In this document: positions 51,741 to 64,000 of the stretch, piece by piece
How positions within the stretch are numbered: position 1 is the first letter of the stretch
How the letters are laid out: each line of letters starts with the position of its first letter
NCBI GenBank assembly: GCA_963693365.1
Contig: CAVNZM010000012.1
Coordinates: 3,609,617-3,673,616 of the forward strand
Source of the DNA: Amoebidium appalachense
Taxonomy: Eukaryota > Protista > Ichthyosporea
Direction of reading: 5' to 3'
Length of the DNA: 64,000 nucleotides
The notes under the pieces: model-generated
Told to the model about the DNA's origin: nothing
Database searches by the model: none
What the model saw: the letters and a program-made list of their open reading frames with translations, nothing else
Position numbers and translations under genes: made by a program

Positions 51741-52761
51741 TGCACGGAGACCTGGCAAGAAACAATCAGAGCAAAACAAGGGTTTTCTGCTTAGCCATGG
51801 TTGTGTTGTTAGGGCAGACATGGTTGAAAGAGACAAAAGTTGCACTTCTTGCTGAATCGGGCACCAAGATAAAAGTGCAGTGTAGCCTCGCGGACAGGTA
51901 ACTGAAATTGCCAACACAAACCAACGGCACTTCATACTGCATGTAAGGGAACTATGTGTGCCTCTCTGTTACAGGAAGTGAGGATACTTGGAAACTGCCT
52001 CTACTCTACAGGGGTGGTGGTAGTAGTAAACATGAAGTGTGTGTGAGCGTGCGTGTAGACCCGGGGGTGTGGGGGGTTGGGGGGAGGGAGGGGAGGGGGG
52101 GGGGGGGGGGGGGGGGGTGATTGAGGACCTGGGTACTTGTAAATAAGAGGTAGAAGAGGGAAATGAGGGAGAAGACAAGCGACCATATCGCTGAGTGCAC
52201 CAACGAGTAGCCAAAAGGAAAGGTGAAATGAAGCAAGGGCAGCAAGAAAGAAAGCAAGGGCTACAGTGTAGCAGAGAGCAGGCGGTGGCGGTGGCGGTGA
52301 CAGACGCTGGGGACAGGAGTGGTTTCGGAAAAAGTGAAGATCGAAGAAGAGGGGAGAAGCTCGGAGGGAAAAGGAGGGAAAGAGGGGAGGAGGGGGAGGG
52401 GGGGGAGGGGGGAGAGAGAGAGAGAGAAAGAGAGAGAGAGACTGGGACAGGGGCACCCGGGGGGGCGGGGGGATGGTGGTGGTGGGGGGGGGGGGGGGGG
52501 GGGGGGGGGTAGGGAACCAAGGGAGATAGAGAAAAACAAATTGGCGTGGGAGAGAGAGACTCCCAACGAACCAAAGAGAGAGAAAAGTCAAGCAACATAC
52601 GCGTTTGGGGGCCGCCTTCTCAAAGGAGTAAGGTCATATCGTCTGCCCAGCGAGTCAAGAACCTCGTTGCCATTATCGTCTGTGGGCACACAGCGAATTT
52701 CGTCTCCAGAAACAGCCCCTAAGCTGGCTAGCAGCGCTAGGGCACACACGGCGAGCGCCAT
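44436..52761 (-). CDS. Mannose-6-phosphate receptor / ATG27-like type I membrane protein (MRH domain), multi-exon
   Basis: Signal peptide MALAVCALALLASLGAVSG + RYDLTPL (52600-52761); YTYTINVC (51464-51561); 49714-49785; LRLTYKEGGHC..RNTIISLVC (48396-48505); CTYSFEWLTPYAC (47073-47202); TM + FPNFDLW (46179-46306); tail YRGL and EEDDDRLLDS* (44436-44525), i.e. YxxL and DxxLL sorting signals. Small exons may be missed. Confidence 0.88.
46914..47047 (-). mobile_element. Structured-RNA repeat, subfamily A, 5'-truncated
   Basis: Same 3' end as the full copies. It stops at the internal C-run before CUGAGGA. Confidence 0.85.
49289..49683 (-). mobile_element. Structured-RNA repeat, subfamily A
   Basis: Homolog of 29347-29759, with poly-G on both flanks. 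Confidence 0.88.
50716..51127 (-). mobile_element. Structured-RNA repeat, subfamily A
   Basis: Homolog of 29347-29759, with poly-G on both flanks. Confidence 0.88.
51323..51393 (-). repeat. Internal fragment of subfamily B with an expanded G-run
   Basis: CAGAGCCCATCCTC(G)n..ACGTCATCCACAGTACCC. Confidence 0.65.
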
Positions 52762-53098
52762 AATGGAAAATTATACAATACAAAATAAACAAAAAAAAGT
52801 TTCAGCGAGAGTGACACACAACTGGCAACAAAACAAAATGGCTGACGTCACTTCGCCTTTATACTTGACGAGGAATATTGCCAAGGCAAGTTTCAGAAAG
52901 CCGAGTAACGGCTACACGGAGATCGTTATGTATGATACTGAGCCAATGAAGTTACGTGCGATGATTACTGCGATCGCAGCGATGTGCACGTGACCGCTGC
53001 ATGCAGCCGCATACAGCTGGCCCGTACAACCCCGGCGCACGCTCGCCCGAGTCCCGACCTCCGCCGACATCCCGGAGGCTCCCGCCCTCCCCTCCCCC

Positions 53099-53135
<37 letters not shown>

Positions 53136-55883
53136 ACACACACACACAACCCACCCCACGCTCCTCCTACAGTCCCAATCCGTGTCAAATAGAGGATGCT
53201 TGTGAACACAGACGTTGCCAAGCAGAGCAGCCATCATCCATGATGCCACTCTTGCATTAGCCTCAACTTGGCAGATTCTTGAATGGCAATCCGAGGAGAT
53301 CCGAGGAGCTATGGTGTTTGTTTTCATGAAGCGGCCTGAACTTCTTGACCACGACTCCTTGAGCCACACGGCAAAAATATACATGCTGTTTGCTTTGTCC
53401 CACACCATACCCGAGTTACTGTCACGGCTTCACACAAAACGAGCACAAACGCAGGCAAACAAGCTGCAATTGCGCGAAGTACAACACGATGCTGACACAG
53501 CTGTAGCCGCACCTTTTCCCCAGAACCTCATTCTCGGCTATGTAATTCAAACACAACGTAAATATTCAGGCAGCCTATTCGTTCAAGCCCATACATCTGC
53601 GAAGGCTTCTCATCATCACGAACGAGATTGTTTACGAGCACTGGCACACACAACTAAGTACACACGTGTAAGGGTCATAAATGTTCACATGCAGGCACAC
53701 CGTGGCTCACATAGGTAAGGGTACACACCAAGTACATACACACAGGCACAGCACACATATGCATCTAAAAACACTCACTGGTACTATAACACGCACAAAA
53801 ACGAACACATAAACATGCAAACAACGCACACACACACGTACAAACGAATGCAACACACATAAACAACAACAAACAGACAAAATCATTTGATTTTCAGCCC
53901 ATATTCCAGTGTAATAGCCCCAAAAGGTCTCCTTAGATCTGCGGCACACATACACTCGCACACACATTGGTGAACTACTCCCTCACCTCCCTTCCACCTC
54001 TGCCTCTATCTTGGAATTGTAGAGTGGGCTATTGCTTTCGCCCGAAGCATACACATAAAACCATTCCTATTTGATAGTGTTGAGGCGCATGCTGAAAATT
54101 CTTCTTTGATTAGAAGGCTGAGCAATCCGGATCAGCTAGGAGTTTGGCTTTCCTGTCCCATGAAGACACACCGTTTTAACAGGTACCGTTATGAGCGAAG
54201 CCCACCCAGCAGATCACATGGAATGAACCGTTGATGGTGACACATCCTCACGATTGCCTGTTCAGACTACATATGAATGATGCGATGTTATTTTATGTCC
54301 GTCGTAAAAATAGTTTGCTTGAGGCTAACAAGCGTCGCTAGTGGAGAAGACAACACTTGCAAACTGTACTGCAGCTAACAATTTAAAGCGCGCTACTTGT
54401 TTGTGGACAAACGCAGTTTGATAAGCAGCATCAGTTGCATTGATTGATTGAGGCCTACTAGCCGTTTATTATTTGCGCTCACGCATGCAAAAGAATCTAC
54501 CTGGAAAGAAAGCAAGTAGGCAGGCAGGCCCCCCAGCCGGCTCTGCATAAATGCAGCACACAGCAGGAAGGCACATGTACACCTATCAATTGGAAGGCCG
54601 TGCCCGAATCCACGAAAGATCTACATACTGCAAGCCTGCTGTGATGGGCGGCCATCCACATTCCCCTACGCTGATACAGTAGCTTGCTGCAGGAGGGGCC
54701 TGTAACCCTTCGTCTGCATGCTAATAGCTAACATCATTTACCCTTGCCTTACTTCCTCTAAAAAACAAAAGAAAGAGCAAGAATACTAATTGATCAACCA
54801 TCTCTTGCTGAGGCTCAAACATCAAAAGACACAATGCTGCACTTGTCTACTTGTGACTGTTGACTCCTCGTAAACACGTGGGCGTTCGGGACTGGGGAAC
54901 ACCATTGTTACACCGAACATACGCCGCTGCGGAATGTGGGTGGCATGTCGCTGTTTGCCATTGATTGGGCAAACATCATGGATGTATTTCACCGTTCCAA
55001 TCCAAGTTGCGTGATCATTTCCACTTGAAAAGTCGATCAACATTGATGACATTTTGGGGAACTACGGATAGAATCACCATCGCTAGACTCATATATTTTA
55101 AAAGAGATTGTAAAGAGCCGTGTTTTTATTCATAAACTATCTAATGGCAAACGCAAATTCGTTTACACTTGCTTTAGTCGAGCAGTGGCATGTCCTCGCT
55201 ACCCAGGTGTCCGTCTGGACACAAAGGGCGTAGGTATCCCCGCTCTAGCGCAGCCCCATTGGATTAAAGATTATAGAACGTCCATATGATTGGCTTCAGT
55301 ATTTCCCATCACGCTCATTGGATTATAGTCAGTAAGTGTATTTAGGTGCCACAACGGCTTCACCAGTTATAACGCACCTATGATTTGATTGGTCTAACGG
55401 ACAGGCTTCAGGTATTTGTACCGTGCCTGCATGTCCAAGAACGTGTTTCGTAACTTGAGCTTTCGCTTCAAGCACAGCTGTGAAAACGGTTAAACTGCCT
55501 TCAACTTTCTTGACAAGAGTAGTTTGGGTCCTGTCCAAAGTCTTCACTCCGTTTTGGGGGTAGCATTATTACACGAAACCCCATTTTTTCGCTTTCAACT
55601 CTCGCCTTGTTGAGCGGCAAGCGCAGGGATACACCTGACAAAGGCAGCAGTAACAAGAGCAATCCTCTCAGATCGTACTCGGTAGCCTACAAGGCAGAGC
55701 TCGTAGAAAAGGTTCATACACCGTCCTAGTTCACGGGGGTCGAGGTTGACAAGTGGTTCTTATAGAACATCAAGTATAACTTATAGCCAAACATTACGCG
55801 GCACCTCCCGGTGCCTCCACCTGTTTCCAATCTGCAAAACAATTGTTATGTTACACAGCTTTATGTGAGGACTACAGCGAAAA

Positions 55884-56387
55884 ATGGCCACCATTGCTCT
55901 TCAAACGTTCCAAGTTCACAGCCCGTTCGGAGGGGAAGCTGACACCCTGACCAAGGATTGGGATACGACTTCACGGAAGCCCAGCTTAGTCTACCACTAC
56001 AGGCAGAGTGCTAGTGATCTCCCGAAAACATGGAAATGCCGGATTGTTTCTGCCAAGCTGGTGCCCATGAACGACACCCGTGTCGTTCTATATGCAGTAA
56101 CCACCACACTACCAGATGGGACACAATACACTGTTTTGCGCAGATTTTCGCGCTTCCAGGAGTTTCTGGAGAGCGTCACCGAGTTTTACAAGGCAGAGCA
56201 CTGTCAGTTCGTGTCCAACTTGCCTCAATTGCCCCCGCGGGGCTGGCTGTGGGAGGACCACAACAGTTCGGCGTTTGTCCGTGAAAGACGGGACCAGCTC
56301 AGCTGTTTCCTGAACCGGTTGATGGGAATCCCACACATCACGGAGTGTCCAGCGGTCCGCTCTTTTCTTCTAGATGCTGGAAACTGA
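55884..56387 (+). CDS. PX (phox homology) domain protein, sorting-nexin-like
   Basis: VLYAV..YTVLRRFSRF..LPQLPPR..FVRERRDQLSCFLNRL..VRSFL. Confidence 0.9.
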   Translation: MATIALQTFQVHSPFGGEADTLTKDWDTTSRKPSLVYHYRQSASDLPKTWKCRIVSAKLVPMNDTRVVLYAVTTTLPDGTQYTVLRRFSRFQEFLESVTEFYKAEHCQFVSNLPQLPPRGWLWEDHNSSAFVRERRDQLSCFLNRLMGIPHITECPAVRSFLLDAGN

Positions 56388-57553
56388 AATTGGTTGCTCT
56401 CTTCCCATACCTAAGAATAGCCGAAGGGATACTGCCAGGGCCAGGGGATTACCGAATTTTTCTGAATGACTTTCCATCGCATAGAATACATAGCTACAGT
56501 AGACTTTTTAGAGGACTTTGTTCCTGTATGTCGGCATGGTTTTTCGAATGTTTTTTTACGCAGGCTTGTAGCAGTTTGGCAAGGAAATGGCTTTTGCTGG
56601 CCTGCTGCCTTGATGTGTGTTTTTTTCCTCTATGGTTCCGTCTGGTCGGTGTTGAATGATGAGCAACAAAAGAGCAGGGAGATGTATGTGGTCAAACGTT
56701 CAGGTGGCCTTTGTTGGTTGATGGCCGATAGTTTGTCAGTATTTTACCTCTTGACTACCGCACCTCCAACGATGTGATTCACAAAAGGTGATGAGTTTGT
56801 TTGCCCGTTGTTATTCCAAGTGTGTTGTTATATGACGGCACATGGCTGTAGCCTAAACTGTACTTGAAAGCGAAAAATAAAGACAATGATGCAGTAGGAG
56901 GTATGAGCCTTCCTGCAAAAGTGGTTAAGTTGCGAAAATTCCAATTCCCAATTTCCTAATTGTGATGTAAACGGTTGGCATTCTTTGTTTGGAAAAGGTA
57001 AAGTGTGACTAGCATGCATTTTTTGAGCACCGTGCTTGATAGCCTTGAACAGTCGTTAAATGAACTCCAACTGATCCAGAGCCTTCTTGAAACCTGTTTC
57101 ATAGAGTGACTGCTGGCGCCAGTGAAAAAAAGAAGAAACCCCCCTACAAACCAGCCAGATTTATTTGGGTTTTTTCATGCTGCTCAAAGAATGCCGGATC
57201 TTGTACATGTCCGGTCTCCAGTTTGACGTGGTACCGGTTACACATTATATGCGTGGACCACAACATAGGCCAGTAACACGAGATCTCCCTCTAGAGAAAG
57301 TGGATTTATTACGTGATTATGAGATAAACAAAGGACACACGTGCACACTCCACGGAATTTTGTATGGTAGGCCTAACTACCGTATTATTATACTATCATA
57401 GGCTGACTAGTATACATATGATAGGTTGTGAAAGGTAGCTCAATAAATATTTCACTTTGTGGCTTTCAGGGGCACCATACCGCTGTTCTCCTTCAACTTA
57501 CACACCTGAGCTTCTTTAGTCGGTACAATCCACGGCTTTCATGTCGTGGCATC

Positions 57554-58279
57554 ATGAACTTACCAAGCACCGATTCTCTAGAACTGCAAGAGAGAGAGGA
57601 TTGGACAGGCAATGGCAGGCAAGGAAGTAGGCACAACGGAAATACTAGCACCATGGTTGGCTTATATGAAGAAGAAAATTTCACACGGAACTTGTCTGAT
57701 GAAGAAGGTGACGAATTGATTAAGAGAGAGGGACAAAGGAGGAAAGCAAGCAAACATCACCAAGGTGGTGGATGCTGTAGCTGCTTTCTGGTCTTTGCTC
57801 TAGCCGGTGTGCTACTTTCTCTACTCTGTCTGTCAGCTATAAACACGTATTTCCTTTGGAAGGCAGGGCTTTTTCAGTTACCAGCATCTCTTGAAACTCT
57901 GCTGTCAAGCGTGAATCTGAAGGGTGGTGATGATGGAAGATTGCACTTGACAGTAGTAAGCCACTATGGTACCTGTGTGGATGTGCAGAGCAAAAAGGCA
58001 GATTCTTTAAGCGAGTTGTTAAAGGCGGCTGCGGAGGCAGTGGGTGTACCGGTGGAGTATGTGGTGCTGGAGAGGCCTGGGCAACACATCTATGGTACGT
58101 TTACAAACTCATGTTTAGAACCAAAGGAAAAGGAAGAGCTTGGCTGGGTAAACCATGGGGGATCTAGTGACTCAAAGTCGGAGGCCCAAGACGGGGGGGG
58201 GGCTGGTGGTGGTGGTGTGTTGGTGTGTGTGTGGGTGGATAACTGGATGGGTGGGTGTTTGTGTGTGTGTGTGTCCACG

Positions 58280-58318
<39 letters not shown>

Positions 58319-58331
58319 CGCCCGCGTGTGC

Positions 58332-58381
<50 letters not shown>

Positions 58382-59878
58382 GTCTCTGTGTGTGCGTGTG
58401 TGTGTGTGTGCGTGTACGTGTGTACGCGCGTGTGTATGTGTGCTGGCATGTGTGTGTGGGTGTGTGGGTGTGTGGGTGTGTGTGTGTGCGGGGGGGGGGG
58501 GGGAGGGGGAGGGGGGGGGAGAGATGTTGTTAGGGGAGGGGTGGAAGCGGGGGGGGAGGGAGGGGGCAGGGGTTGAGGGGGGAGGGAGGGGGTCAAGAGG
58601 GGGGAGGAGGGGGGGATGTTCTTTTGGCCCGGGATAAGTACATCATGACAACCTTGCCGGGCCAAGCACATCATAAACGCATCTTGAAACACACCCAAAC
58701 TTACGAATATACATATACACAAACACAACTTATGTTTGCAAGAGTGCACGCATGCATATGAAACACCAACGATCTTGCACCAACATAACCTGGATGTCCT
58801 TCTGCATAAGAATTCAAGTGTCAGATGCACACTTCTAGATTATCCCCAAGGCACCCGGTCACCCACTATTATTAATGTAATGGGCCCAATGTTTTCCCTC
58901 GCAGCCTTGTTCTCCCCCCCCCCCTCCTCCCCCAGCCTTGTCCCCCCCCCCCCCCCTCCCCCCTTCCCCAAAGGGAATAACAAGAGGGGAGAGAGTGGGG
59001 GAAGAGAGAGTTCATGCGCACTTGCAAAAATGCCAAGGACACTCTGGTACCTGTTTTTTTTCAACACATCCCTGTTTAGTATGCAATCAATGTTTGACTC
59101 TCTCAAACAAACTCGTGCACACACACACACATATGCAATTCCCCCTCCTCCCCCCCCCCCCCCCCTGCTCTCCCCCGTCCTCGCTCCCTCTTCCTTCCCT
59201 CCCTGCCTCACTCCCTGCCTCCCTCCCTCTCCCTATTCTTTTCTCTCTCCTCCTCCCCCCCCCTCCCCCCCCTCCCCCCACCATCACCACCCCCCCCTCC
59301 CCCCCCCTCTCTCTCCCTCCCCTTGCAGCCCTAGTGTCCCTCCACAGGTCACACACATCACTAACTCCCACCTCGTTACTTTTACACGTATCCAGCCTCT
59401 GGCACCGAGCTTTCACACGCACGAAGCCACTAACACCATATATACCTGTCCCGCTCCCCCTCCCCCCTCTCTCTCCCCCTCCTCTCACCCCAGCCCCCCC
59501 CCCCCTCTCCGCCCCCGCCTGTCCCTCCCCCCCCTCCCCCCATGAATTTGTCTCTCATCTCCCCCCCCCCCCCCCCCGCCAGGGGGCCGGCTTTCCCCCC
59601 CCCCCCCCCCCCCCCCCATTCGCCCTCCCGACTATACTCTCGCCTTCCTCCACCCAACCCCCTTCTCTTCCCCCTACACCCCATCCCCCCAGCACTCTCC
59701 CCTCTCTCGTTAAAGCACGTCCGTTTCTCTTCCTTACAGTATCCCGTGTTTCTCTTCCCTGTTTTGACTTACCTCGGCAGCTGTTGGACTGGCTGACTGT
59801 CAGTAATCACAAAAAGGTTTTTTTTTTTTGTTTTTTTTTTCCTGATGTCTATTGCACTGTTCTGTGAAAGGCTGGCTG

Positions 59879-59909
<31 letters not shown>

Positions 59910-61392
59910 ATCCCCTCTCTCCTCTCCTCCGTTCCCCCTGCCTCCGCTTCCTCCCTCCCCTTTTCTCCCCTCTGCCCCCAAGGCAGGTGTACACATTCAC
60001 TTATTCCTGGCCTCTGGTCCTTTTTCCGTGTATGTGATTTGCCGTTATGCATATCAGCACACTAATCCATAAACACACACCACATGAACACCACCTACAC
60101 ACAGTAATACTCAACATATTATCCCACTAACACACGTCAACACAAAACCTCCACAATATAAAACAATACACTTATCCACTGACACACATTCACTTCATTC
60201 CACCAGAAACCCCAAGAAATCAAAATGCCCTTAAAGGAGGGGGACCCATCCAGCATGCATCGCGCCGCCCAGACAAGCTCTACACCTATCGAAGCAAGGA
60301 GTCGAACGTTTCTTTATGCGAACTATCATTCTCAAACTCCGATATCTTTAACTTGCTCCTACGGCCATTAAGAGGAGACCACGTGCACTATGCGTTTTCT
60401 ATTTTCATCAACGGGAGGGCTTTGAAGCAGTTTTACGATCGGCCGGTGGACCAATGGATATATGAGGGGCGACACTTGCACCAGGTGCGTGCTGGGTGTT
60501 GCTGCACCTTTTTCTCTGTCCGTTTTTTTCTCTTTCTTTCTTTTTTTTCCTTTTTTCCCCCCCCCCCATTGTACATGTTTTTCTCTACCTATCGTTTCTT
60601 GGTGCTTTGCTTGGTTTATGGTGCCTTTCTATCTTTCTTTCTTTTCTTTTCCTTTTACCCCCCACTTACTTATGGTCGTTGCTGTGTCTGTACTTAACAT
60701 TGGAGTTTTGTTACCGAATTCCTTTTCTGTTATAAAACTCACGCCTGGGGATGCTTCGCTCCCCCCCTCCCCCCCCCCTTCCCCTGCCCCAGGATGGGCC
60801 GCGTTTCTTATGCATACTCTTTGCGTGTGCTTTGCACTGCATTGTGTTGCCCCGTTATGTGTTCTCCGTTATGGCTGTGTGCCTCGTATCCTATAACACT
60901 CTCTAGTCCCCCCCCTCCTCTCCCCCCCCCCCCCCCCCCCCCTCCTCCTCCTCTCCCCACCCCCTTCCCCCGGCACTCTCTCCTCCTCTTCCCTTAGCGC
61001 TTTTCGTTCCTTGTTTTCTCATGTCTTGACACATATACACGTGCATTAAAAGCCGTGTAAAACCTGGGCCAGATAAAATCTGATAAGAGTTTGAATTCAC
61101 GCGCAGGTTCGTCCCCACTGGGGCACATACACTCGTGCACTAAAACGTGCCCAACAAAAAATAAATCCGATTAAACCTGATAAGTGCTTAAAATCGCATG
61201 CAGGTTTATCCCCACTGGGGTCTACATAGTGGTCAGCCCGGGTACTTTGACGACAGTCTGATCCACGTCCACCCTGCAACGTCGTGGCAGTGGTTTCGTT
61301 TTTCGGAGGGATTTGGCGCGAATTTGGGCGCGTTTTTGGAGGCCGTGGGAGTGTGGGTGTGGGAGGATGAGTCTGTAAGGTGGGTGGGTACT

Positions 61393-61425
<33 letters not shown>

Positions 61426-61628
61426 ATGAGGGTGGGTGGGTGGGTGGGGGGGGGGGGGGGGGGGGGGGGGGGCTGAGGTGTGTGTGTGTATGCAGGTGAT
61501 GGAAAAACTGTGTGTGCAGGTGTCCGTGTTTGTGTGTGTGGCTGCATATGGGTGTGTGCGTGTCTGCCTGCCTGCCCGTGTGTGTTCTTGTGTGCGTGGG
61601 TATGTTTGGGTGATGTGTGTGTGTAGGT

Positions 61629-61667
<39 letters not shown>

Positions 61668-61874
61668 TTGTTTTATATTTGTTTTTCATGTGACGGTAGG
61701 GGATGGGGGAGGAGGGGAGGGGAAGGGTGGGAGAGAGAGGGGGTGGTATTTGCGCTTAGAGACCAGGGTAGCCATTTCTAACCCCAATCTGCGCCGCCTC
61801 CCCTTCCCTCAACACACACACACACACTCTCTCTCTCTCTCTCTCTCCCTCCCTCCCTCCCTCCCTCCCTCCCT

Positions 61875-61959
<85 letters not shown>

Positions 61960-62308
61960 CACCCCCCTTTATGCTGCAGGCACACAAACACACTAGTACC
62001 TCACAAACCTCTCAGCCTCAATCCAAATCCCTCTTAACTTTCCCTGTACCCCCCTACCCCCCCCCCCCCCCCCCCCCCCCCCAAACACACACACAAACAC
62101 ATACACAGGCACACACACACACACCCTCTCCTTTATGCTGCAGGCACACAAACACACTAGTACCTCACAAACCTCTCAGCCTCCATCCAATTACCTCTTA
62201 ATATTCCCTGTACAGCCCCCCCCCCCCCCCCCCCCCCCCTCCCCTCTCTCTCTCTCTCCCCCCCGCCCCTCCCCCCTCCCCCCAAACAATAAATCCCAAC
62301 TCTCAAAA

Positions 62309-62378
<70 letters not shown>

Positions 62379-63120
62379 ACACACGCACTCATTCACACAC
62401 CCCCACCTCCCCACCTTCGCCTCCGTACTTGCAGGCTTTATCGCCCCCAGTATCTTCACCTCCCTCCTCATCTTCTTGCCTGCCCCCGTCCATTTCCATC
62501 TCCTCTCTCGGTATCCTTTTGTCTCTAATCTCTCTCATATCCCAATCTCTCATATCTCTCATACTTCATACTTCATCTCTCATATCTCTAATGTATTGTA
62601 TCTCATATCTCTTGTATCTCTCATATCTCCCATATCTCGTATATCTCATATATCTACACTCATATCTCTCATATCTCTCATGTCTTGTTTCTCTTATATC
62701 TCTTATATCTCTTATATGTCTCATCTCTCATATCCCTTAGATATCTCATCTCTCATATCTCTTAGATATCGTATCTCTCATAAGTTCCTATCTCTCTCAT
62801 ATCTCCCATGCCTCTTATATCTCATGTATCTACACTCATATCTCTCATATCTCACACATCTCTTACATATCTGCAGGTACCCCAAGCACCGGCCCATCCC
62901 CTATCCAATCAACGCCACCCGCCCAGCTTACGAAGTTGTTTTGGATATGCCAAACGGCACAATCTACAACGACACGAAGGAACATGTAAATGCAAACTGT
63001 GAATGGCCCGAGGATGAATATGAAAAGGGGAGAATACTGGTGTGGCCCAGAGATGGACACAGGTGGAGGTTGTTCTACTGGCCGCATTATGCGGATGTAA
63101 AGGTGTGTGTGTGCGTGTGT

Positions 63121-63152
<32 letters not shown>

Positions 63153-63840
63153 GGGGGGGGGGGGGCGGGATGGGAGGAATTGGCGGGGGAGGGGTGAGGG
63201 GGGGAGGGGGGGGGGGGGGGGTCAGTTGGTTGGGTGGGTGGGTGGATGGATGTGTAGTTGGGTGGGTGGATGAGTGGGTGGATGGGTGTGGTTGTGGGTG
63301 TGGCGTGTGTGTGCGTGTATGTGTGGGTGTGTGGGTGTGTGGGTGTGTGGGTGTGTGGGTGTGTGGGTGTTGCCTTTGCCTTTATTGTTGGTGAAGGGGC
63401 CCAGAAGGACGGGGAGAGGGGGGGGGGGGGGGGGGGGGGGATTGCGGTTGGGTGGATGCCATTTCTTGGATACTGAAACACGAGCATACACATTCCTGCT
63501 TTTTTGTTTGTTTATAAATATGCACACAGCTTTACTCCAATCCATTCCTATTTTCCACACAAAACCCTGCCCTATTTAATTAGGGTATATCTTTCCCATG
63601 TTCCCAGCTCTTATCCCGAACCTTTATTCCCTACAGAACTACCACATACTCGATCGTGGGTTTGAGCGTGTGTGGCTGTACCAGAACCACGGGCGTATTG
63701 TTCTCTCGTACGACGATGGGAGCTTTGTGCCGCCCCCGCTGGCGCCAGAAATCGAACAGAAGATGTTGCATTATGGCATCAGCAATGGGTTTGATGGGTT
63801 GCCCTACCCATTCCCGAACAAACCATTGCCTTTGGAGTGA
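57554..63840 (+). CDS. Type II membrane protein with His-motif luminal domain, ~5 exons
   Basis: Approximate exons: 57554-58094 ([19 protein letters not shown]), 60207-60484 ([13 protein letters not shown]), 61204-61373 (HWGLHSG..LIHVHP..NLGAF), 62877-63102, 63637-63840. GT-AG boundaries. Confidence 0.75.
61968..62212. repeat. ~78-bp direct duplication in an intron
   Basis: TTTATGCTGCAGGCACACAAACACACTAGTACCTCACAAACCTCTCAGCCTC at ~61968 and ~62133. Confidence 0.8.
62520..62870. repeat. Degenerate (ATATCTCTC)n 9-bp repeat
   Basis: Seen directly. Confidence 0.85.
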
Positions 63841-64000
63841 ATGTGGTGTTGTAGTTGTGGATTAGTGGGGCTTTTCCTCCCTTCCCTTTTCTCTTTGCCT
63901 TTTTTTTTTCTCCTTTTTTTTTTCGTTCTTTCCCTCTCTCTTTTGTCTTTCTTTCTTTCTTCCTTTTTTTTTTTTTTTTTTTGATACCTAAAAGCCTGCG

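Noticed and set aside
52965-55547. Short ORFs between the M6PR-like and PX genes
   Set aside because: No recognisable domains or consistent exon chain; possibly decayed sequence.

Overview
This is eukaryotic genomic DNA with spliceosomal GT/GC-AG introns packed with (CA)n and poly-G/C tracts. A unicellular opisthokont is my guess only. Host genes: a ~22-exon XRN2/Rat1 gene (minus), a Pro/Gln-rich intronless ORF, a mannose-6-phosphate-receptor/ATG27-like gene (minus), a PX-domain gene, a type II membrane protein with a His-motif domain, and a Kelch+MYND gene cut by a retrotransposon. Mobile DNA: a decayed Ty1/copia element primed by half of tRNA-iMet, containing a TRIM whose LTRs carry a tRNA-like gene and two solo LTRs; two near-identical LINE copies ending in a structured RNA instead of a tail; a related LINE fragment; a TIR element; and a MITE. 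The main finding is an intronic, poly-C-targeted, 5'-truncated repeat (two subfamilies, 8 copies or fragments). It carries a covarying ~155-nt RNA with every hammerhead ribozyme core nucleotide, but with the strands in a non-canonical order, so it is a candidate pseudoknotted 'split-core' hammerhead. All alignments and folds were done by eye, and exon edges are approximate.
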